Positions 50,761 through 64,000 of a DNA stretch of 64,000 bases are shown here, in pieces; the stretch's first letter is position 1; the number at the start of each line of letters is the position of its first letter. The notes under the pieces were generated by a model that was given only the letters and a program-made list of their open reading frames with translations, ran no database searches and had not been told where the DNA came from. Made by a program: the position numbers and the translations under genes. The DNA lies in the NCBI GenBank assembly GCA_964016885.1, contig OZ024744.1:39122001-39186000 (forward strand). The letters are read 5' to 3'. Source of the DNA: Eledone cirrhosa (lineage: Eukaryota).

Positions 50761-51716
50761 ATAAAGCACACAAATGTAAAGATGATATTGAGATCACAAA
50801 GACAGGATAAGTCAAGGTGGGTACTTGCTGGCAGAGTCAGTCCACAACTTCAACTTCAGTGTTAGTAAAATATTTTCATCCAATTGGTATGGCATGGACT
50901 GAGGGAATCATAGGAGTGTCATGTTGACATACAGTGTTTTTTAAGGCATTGTTTAAACCTGGCAGAGCCCATCCCCTCTCCGGGCTTGAGTAAAGCAGAT
51001 TTCTTCCAGAGAAGGGTAGAGAGTGAGAGAATGGAAGTGAGAATGGAAGTGATATGGAGGAAGAATCAATCCCGGTATTAGACTGGTACTTTTTTTATTG
51101 GCCTTGAATGGATGAAAATCAAAAATTGACCTTGGTTTCAAACAATTACTTAATTCTTAAGGATAATTCACAACAGTCAAATATCGCTGAACTTTACGTG
51201 TATGCACATACATACACATAAATACACACATTCGGTATCATAAAGAAAATCAATAGCAGGGAAGAGATATTCCCCAGTTTTTTTTACAAGAGAGTGTTAT
51301 GCTTAATAATCAATAAACATACATATATGCACATACTTGCATATATGTGCATGCTAGTGTATAAGCACATGTTTGTGTATATGCATGTGTGTGCATATAT
51401 GCATATTGTTTTCTTGAACAAGATACTTCATTTCAAGTTGCTTTACGTGATATGAGGCCCTGTATAATTTGCTACAAACACCCGAAAAAAAACCTTCTAT
51501 AAGATGCAACCTCGAAGGTCAACTAAACCTACATAGGTGTGAGCTATAACAACAATAATATCTAGATTCTTCATAAGATTGAGTCTTCTATCATTAAAGA
51601 TCTGAAAACCTTCTATACAACTTTGTAGAAGTCCAGCTAAACCTACTTTCGTGTGAGCTATAACAATGAAATTTATATACAATGAAATTTAGAAATAAAA
51701 GAATGACATGACTTAC

Positions 51717-51763
51717 TAGTTGAGTTGTAGAAATGTCTAACACATTTATCCATGGAAGCAATA
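51717..51763 (-). CDS. AMDHD2: Penultimate coding exon (47 nt) of AMDHD2
   Basis: tttctttcttgattttccag|T ATT GCT TCC ATG GAT AAA TGT GTT AGA CAT TTC TAC AAC TCA ACT A|gtaagt = (S)IASMDKCVRHFYNST(K), matching AMDHD2 SIAPMDVCVRHF. The terminal A joins AA of the last exon in frame. Confidence 0.92.
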
Positions 51764-53269
51764 CTGGAAAATCAAGAAAGAAAGAGAAAAGAAATAAAAA
51801 TTAAAGAAAGTGTAAAGTGTAATAAAGACAAAATCAGTCCTGATCTCTCCCAAAGTAACAGCCTGTCCTACTCATGCTAGCATGGAAAATGGATGTTGGA
51901 TGATGACGATGATGACGATGGTGATTATTCTCTGCATTCCTAAACTATGTTGTTGTTTTTTTTTTGGGGGGGGGGGGGGGGGGAGAAGTAGGAGTGAGAA
52001 AGTTATCCTTGAATCGAACATCATTCTAAAGGCTCCTAATGGCCATGTGGTGGTGTTGAACTGGGCAACCGATTAAGTCTAACACCTAGAACAATGTTTC
52101 CAATATGAGTTTTGAGAAAGCCCAGAATTCTGCCAAAAAATCCTGAACTTTTGCATTTTCAAAGACACTGAAAAATCCAGAGTGTTAACCTTCCTCATAC
52201 AAGTGATTTCTTTTTAGTATTTGTTTCACCCAAAAATCTTTACTGGGCAAAGAGATAAAGGGTTTTATAATGAAGGGACTTAAAAATTTCCAGTGTGGAT
52301 TGATGTGATACTTTCAGTCAACCTTTCCCTTCCATCTTTCTTTGTGTATAAAACTTGAGTATTTTGCAACACCTGTTTCTGAAGCTAGAAAATGGGAATT
52401 GTGTATATGACTTAAGTATAATATAACCCCTGCTTGTGAAGCAGGAGTGAATCACAAATTGTATATATGACTCTGGATTACAGTCATTAAAACATTTTGT
52501 AAATTTGTACCATGTTTTCTATTAAAATCTCCATCTCACACATATATTTCACTATAATATTTAATTTCTCCTGATGTTAAAGAATATAAAACAATAGATC
52601 TTATGTAGTCCCTTTATTAATTCATGAGCCCAGTTGGTCTCACTTGGAGACCCTTGCTTCTGTCAGGACCTGATTGGAGGACTCTGTCTCCATGACCATT
52701 CCAGGAATAAGTGGGCAAAGAAAATAAATTTCTTCAATTACAATCTTCAATTCCAAAATAACAAATATTACTTATATCAAATACCATTTGTAAATAATTG
52801 TTATCAACACATAGCAACCTTGTCATTTGAAATTAATATATTTAAGCTTAATAAATATTTCTAAAAACACACTCATGTATAATATGCTCTGACATTTTGC
52901 CTTTAATTTTAATGCAAAATTTCTCATATCTATAATATAATAAAGGGAGAAGTGCAGGACAGCGTCCATTTTTTTTTTTTTTTATCCCATTAGTAAAACT
53001 AGCAGAAAAACCACCCGAAAAACCACCTTCAGGTGGTTTTTCTGCTAGCATGTGTAGTGTGCATATTGATATTATACACAGGTATATATATATGTAGATA
53101 TGGTACATCAAATAAAATCGTAATTGACAATATAAACAGAAATTGAACGAAGACGTTGTTACACTGTCTTATGTAATCAGTAACGTAATCCATGATACAT
53201 TAAAAAAAGACGATATCTATAATATTATAAAGCTGAGTGTCGTGTGTATTATGTATGTATGTATCCTAC

Positions 53270-53480
53270 ACACCTCCCTATAATTTCTTAGCTTTACTCT
53301 CTCCATCGCTCTTCCCTCTCTCTATAATAGATCATTCCCCCTCTCTATAATTTAACTGCTTTACTCTCTCTGTCGCTCTTCACTCTCTATAGCTGTGCAT
53401 CGTCTCTCTCTCTTCCTCTTTCACCCTCTCTATAATTTAACTGCTTTACTCTCTGTCTCTCTTCACTCTCTATATGACAG
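53270..53480. repeat. Degenerate ~60-90 bp minisatellite (ctataatttaactgctttactctct), with a further copy at ~56790-56860
   Basis: Direct comparison of the units. Confidence 0.75.
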
Positions 53481-53699
53481 CAGGTAATACATATCAAAAG
53501 GCAACCCTGACAAATATAATAATGTATGTATCCCACACACATTTTCTGTCGTCGCTCGCATAAATAACACACACACACACACACAAATACACATACTTTC
53601 ACACCTGATTTCACCAATTGCCAGATAACATCAAAACAAAACACAGACACACACATGCACATACACAAACACACACATATCTATACTTTATATGTATGT

Positions 53700-56600
53700 A
53701 TGTTCTTCTGGTTTTATAATTTCACAAAGTTTTACCAATAGAGAGAGAGTCAGTTTCTACCATAGACACAAGACTCTCTCATTGGAATTTACACATCAAC
53801 TAGGTAGATATGTATGTATGTGTAGATATGGCTGTTATTGTATGTGTGGATGTGTATGTTTTGAGTTGTATGTGTGCATGTGTATATGCTTTGTATATGC
53901 TTTGTATATGCAGTTATTAGATGCAAATTTTTTGGAATGTTTTACATATTTTTACTGTTCCATTAATGGATTGTACTTGTAATTTCCTAACAAGTTGTGT
54001 TCTTTCTGTCCCTGTGAAGCCTAGCTTCTCAAGATTTGTATTGAGGCAGTTACTAACATATCCCAGTTCTCCAATAATCACAGGCATAAATCTGAAGGTG
54101 TAATCAGGGTGGAGTATCTGCAGATTTCTCATCAGTTCTGCATAAATATTCTCCTTTTCACTAATCTTTGATATTATATTGGCATCTGCTGGGCAGCTAA
54201 TTTCCACTACTGTGCATGTTTTCTTCTCCCTGTCCCATATCATAATATCTTGTCTGTTGTGCCTGCATTTTATTGGGGTTTTTACTGGAACATTCCACCA
54301 GTACTCTTTCATATTATGTATATGGATGTCTTCCACATTGTTGTAGCTTTTAATGTGTTTATTATCAGGGCTATCTTTTTTACGAACTGCATTGTACAGT
54401 GTTTTGGCCACTACATCATGCCTCATAGGTAGATAGTATCGCGATGACATGGGTGATATCTTCGATGTTAGTTCTACAGAGTCTGCACTTGTTATCACAT
54501 CTAGGTGTTTTTCCTGCATCCCTATCTCTTTTGTGAATCAGGTATTTCGTGCTAATCTCCTGTTCCTGGATTGCAAAAGCGTATCCTTCAAAGTGGGAGC
54601 CAATATAGCGGTTGTTGGTCCAAGATAGACTACTTTCCTTATCTATATTACTCTCACTCTGAAGCTTCCTGGCAACATATCCATGCATGATTTTTTTGCT
54701 GATAGGCATGCAGTTTTTCATCCTTGGATTCACTGCGATACTGCTGAGCGACATCCCTGGGTGTGAGTTTTTGATTATCACACAAGGAATATCTCTCAAG
54801 GAGTTCCTTCCCAACTCTTATGATCTTATCTGTTTCATGCAGATAGACTTGCTCGAGAAACGGGCTCCTACGCTTCAAGGTTCGTAGATGTTGTCGGAGA
54901 GATATGATGCGACATTCAAATGTTGTCTGGACTGATGTTAGGCCTCTGCCTCTCTGCTTACATTTCAATTAAAGGCGGTCTATGTCACTGTTGATGTGGA
55001 AGTTTCCGGTGTTGTTCAGAATTTTTCGAGTTCCAACATCAACTGCTCGGATTTCGTCTATCGTCCAATTGAGTATTCCAAACGTTGGTGTTAGGACAGG
55101 CACAGCAAACACATTGTGAGCCACTGTTTTGTTTTACGCAGAGAGTTCCGATGACCAAATCTTTCTTAATCGAGTGTAGTATTCCCTGGTTACGTGTTCT
55201 TTATTACAGATACCATTATAGGATATGTTCTCATCTATCCCCAGGTATCTGTAGCAGTCCTCATCAGATATCGGTGAAACAGTTAAGCCATTGATGACAA
55301 TGTTGCTAGATTGGGTTGTTATTTTTCCCCGCTAGTCATGTATGAGCATTTATCTTGGCCAAACTCCATATCTTTTGAGAACGTTGTAACCAGGTCAAGA
55401 TTTTTCTTCATCCCATCCATGTTCTTGGCATAGAGTTTCAGATCATCCATAAAGAAATTATGGGTTAGGTTCGTATTTCTGTCCTCCTGTGAGCCAATGA
55501 TGTATCCCTCACATTTCTTGAGCAGAAAGGACAAGGGGTTTAATGACAAGATGAATAATATCACAGAGAGACTGTCTCCCTGAAATATACCCCTGCAATA
55601 TTTTATTTTATCAGTGAAAATAGAGTCCTCCCCCTCTGTCTTTAATCTTAGGATAGTAGCCCAAGAAGAAGACAACCTCTCTATGGCTCTGACAATAATG
55701 TCTGGGACTTTAGCAAGTTGGAGGGCCTCTATCATCCAAGAGTGGGGATCAGAATCGAAAGCTTTCCTGTAGTCCAGCTAGACCGTAGCCATATTCCTCC
55801 TAAGTTGTCCCACCTCCGACATCACAGTTTTGTTCAGCACATCCCCAAACCCCTTTCTTTCCAGCTGCTTGTTCATCTGTGATGATGTTATTATTTTCAC
55901 AGTGATCTTGGAGGAATAGGTTCAGGCAGGCTGTATACATCTTATACATCATGTTCTGGCATGCAATGGGTTGGTAGGTTTTTGCAAAGTGGGTGTCTTT
56001 GTTCTTGGGGACCAGTATTGTTGGTGCTAATGTCAACCATTCTGGTATAAGTGTATCTCCCTTAAGAACTTGTTGATAGAGGTCAGTAAGATACCTCCAA
56101 TAGAATATCAGTTTTTTTGTACCAGTAGCCAACAATCATGTCTCTTCCTGGTGTTTTCTTATCTTGGCTACCCTCACTTATTTTGTATGTTTTTGTTGTA
56201 GTGTAGGAGCAATAGTTCTTTTGGATTTTTCTTAGCCACACTGCATCTTGGTTGAAATTCTTGTTTTCACCCCATATTTTTCTCCAAAAGGAATCTATGT
56301 CTTTATGGGATGGGGCCTCAGTGACACTTATTATTTTGCCCTTCATAGACTGATGTTTGGTTTTGTTTGAATATTTTATTAAGCACTTTTCTCTCATCTA
56401 CTTTCTTCAGGTATTTGCGTTTTTCGCTAACAGCTCTCAATTCTTGTTTGAGGGTGATCAGCTTATATTGGAGAGTTCTGGTTCTACTGTTACCAAACAT
56501 CGTCTCTATTTTATTTTTCACTCTTTGTTGGTGAGGAGTGGGTTTTTTTTGTGTTTGTTTGCATGTAAGGAGCATTGTCACATATCCTATGTTTTTTCGT

Positions 56601-56765
56601 AGGTCAGCAATCTTTTTTTCTATTTTAGTTATATATGATGGTATTTTGGTGGTGTTTTGTTCTTGTTAATATCTCTGCTATCACCAAGATAATGCTTCAC
56701 TGTCATTGCTAAGGCATATAAACAGGCGTTGATTTGCCAAAATGTTGGGGTTTTTATCCGTCGTA
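53700..56765 (-). mobile_element. R4/Dong-like LINE (RT, CCHC, RLE) flanked by (TATG)n
   Basis: YQPIAC, DEQAAGKKG, LDYRKAFDS, GIFQGDSLS, FMDDLKLY, GRGL, EGYAFAIQEQEI, CRLC..EDITH, HNRQDI, VEISCPAD, KENIY.EL. Contains frameshifts. Confidence 0.9.
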
Positions 56766-56936
56766 AATATGTATGTATGTATGTATGTAAGATCATTCCC
56801 CCTCTGTATAATTTAACTGCTTTACTCTCTCTGTCGCTCTTCACTCTCTATATGACAACACTGTTTTAGTTTCCGTATCATCATCATCGTTTAACGTCCA
56901 TCTTCCACGCTTGCATGGTATCTCCCTTCAATATAT

Positions 56937-56985
<49 letters not shown>

Positions 56986-57544
56986 AAGAGAGAGATTTAC
57001 AGAAAGATTAGGAAAACTACACACACACATCTACAGAGAGAGACAGAAAAACAGAGGGAGGGGAAAGAGAGAGATAGGCCGTTAGACAGAGAGAGATACA
57101 ATTAAAGCGTTAGATATTCAAAGAGAGAGAGAGAGAGAGTTGGAAGGACAAAATGTGACACGGGAGGGTGTGTGGTATCTTTGCAGTGGAGTGGTGGGGG
57201 CAGGTATACCTAGCCAAGCGCCAGCCGGATGGGCCAGCTAGTTATATATAAACTGCATTAGGAGAAAATTAGTATGTTTATTTAAGCGATCGCCACTGAA
57301 GTGTTGACATCACACTCTCTCTCTTTCTATATATATGGTAGTTGAAATGGTGGTGGTGGCAACAATATACCGGAAATGGAACTTTGAAAAGAAGTCAATT
57401 TTAAATTATTTATTCTTACAAAATTATTTTTGTAGAAATTATATTTAGTATTAATTTTACGAAGTATTTTACGAAATTATATTTAGTAGATAAATTATGT
57501 AATATTCATTCATTATTTATTCAAAGTTAGATTGGCAGTATCGG

Positions 57545-57744
57545 NNNNNNNNNNNNNNNNNNNNNNNNNNNNNNNNNNNNNNNNNNNNNNNNNNNNNNNN
57601 NNNNNNNNNNNNNNNNNNNNNNNNNNNNNNNNNNNNNNNNNNNNNNNNNNNNNNNNNNNNNNNNNNNNNNNNNNNNNNNNNNNNNNNNNNNNNNNNNNNN
57701 NNNNNNNNNNNNNNNNNNNNNNNNNNNNNNNNNNNNNNNNNNNN
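57545..57744. other. Assembly gap (200 N)
   Basis: Run of N. Confidence 0.99.
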
Positions 57745-58198
57745 GAGTACCGCCAAAGGTCTCGGTCCAGTGACATTGTCTTGGAGAGGTGTAAGTGTGT
57801 GATGTCGGAGTTTATCAGCTCGTCCCAGGTTTTTCTAGGTCTGCCTATTCCGTGACTACCGTCTATCTTTATTGCCCTGCACTTTGTTATACAGCTATCG
57901 ACTTTCATGCGCATCACGTGTCCATACCAACGTAGCCTTCTCTCGAGTAAACAACATCTGATCCCTCTTATCTCTAATTTTTTCCTTAGTTCGTTTATGC
58001 TTTGCCGTTCACGTATATTACTGTTACACATCCAGCGGAGCATGCAAGCTTCGTTCCTCTCTAGTCTGCGTATATCCTCTGCACACAATGCCCAGGTCTC
58101 ACTGCCATGCAGCATTGCTGTTCGTATGCAGGCATCGTACAACCTGCCTTTCATTTTTAGTGAGAACACTTTAGCAGCTAATAGTGGTATAAGCTCTC
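57745..58198 (-). mobile_element. RTE LINE fragment, same family as 12385-14505
   Basis: [34 protein letters not shown]. Confidence 0.9.
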
Positions 58199-58200
58199 AT

Positions 58201-58310
<110 letters not shown>

Positions 58311-58385
58311 GTATATATATATATGTATATATATATATGTATATATATATGTATATATATGTATATATATATATGTATATATATG

Positions 58386-58416
<31 letters not shown>

Positions 58417-58473
58417 GTATATATATATATGTATATATATATATGTATATATATGTATATATATATGTATATA

Positions 58474-58520
<47 letters not shown>

Positions 58521-58545
58521 GTGTATATATATGTATATATATATG

Positions 58546-58577
<32 letters not shown>

Positions 58578-58646
58578 TATATGTGTATGTATATGTATAT
58601 ATATATATATGTGTATATATGTGTATATATATATGTATATACACAT

Positions 58647-59212
58647 TTGGGAGTAAAGATTGGGAATACGGAGGATGATGTGGTTGAGAGGAAGAGCAAG
58701 GCCTGGGCGGCGTGTCACAGCTTGAGATCGGTGTGGAAGTCGGACCTTCGTAGAGACCTGAAAATCCGCCTCTTCATTACTGTAGTGGAGTCTGTGCTGC
58801 TGTATGGGTCTGAGACTTGGACACTGACCAAGAGACTCACTCAGATGGTGGATGGGTGCTACACGAGAATGCTGAGGATGGCTCTGAACATTAATCAGTA
58901 TACACTGAGGATGAAAAACTCAGAACTGTATGGGAGCATCCCAAAAGTCAGCTCAAAAGTGACACAGAGGAGACTGAGGTTGGCTGGACATGCTCACCGA
59001 GATCCAGAGTTGACATTGCACTCAGTGATCCTTTGGGAGCCCCTACATGGACACACTAGAAGAGGAAGACCAAGGTTAACATATGTTGATGCCCTAAGGA
59101 CAGACACTGGTCTGTTGGAGATGCAGGATATGGCAGCGATAATGAGGGACAGAGACCGCTGGAGAGAACTCGTCCATGGATCTCGGAATTTTACCCGCCT
59201 TAGATAGATAGA
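58647..59212 (+). mobile_element. 5'-truncated RTE LINE, same family as 43258-45310, with (TAGA)n tail, inside the TA satellite
   Basis: Open frame [28 protein letters not shown]. Confidence 0.92.
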
Positions 59213-63838
<4,626 letters not shown>

Positions 63839-64000
63839 AAATTGAAACAAAATGAAAACGAAATTTCATTTCTCACTCTTAGTATGGCACTTACTTAAAT
63901 GTAAGTATGCATGTATACGTACATACATATATGTATACAGACGTATAGTAGCATGCACATATATATATATATATACATATATACATACATATGCATACAG

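Noticed and set aside
57180-57243. Possible Helitron 3' end (gccagccggatgggccagctagt)
   Set aside because: No convincing 5' TC terminus or clean hairpin identified.

Overview
AT-rich animal genomic DNA. The microsatellite load and SINE/LINE repertoire suggest a coleoid cephalopod (octopus-like); this is inference, not a database result. The only host gene I can support is the 3' end of N-acetylglucosamine-6-phosphate deacetylase (AMDHD2/nagA) on the minus strand: a 47-nt penultimate exon (51717-51763) spliced across a ~51 kb intron to the last coding exon (397-575). Nearly everything else is nested transposon debris: RTE-clade LINEs (some with a PHD finger inside the RT), R4/Dong-like RLE LINEs, Tx1-like LINEs, several SINE families, a non-autonomous Helitron, a fragmented hAT (Charlie/Buster) transposase, MITE-like elements, a 200-N gap and a 4.6 kb (TA)/(TATG) satellite. 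The most unusual signal is a non-coding 530-nt unit with a hammerhead-ribozyme-like fold (8744-9450). Its insertion starts exactly at the predicted self-cleavage site, it ends in an identical 177-bp direct repeat, and it sits in (TA)n between ~55-bp inverted repeats. Also notable are a modular RTE/SINE 3'-end exchange system, a perfect 72-bp fold-back at a SINE insertion, and microsatellite-directed stacking of Dong/Tx1/SINE elements. TE boundaries are approximate and read by eye.
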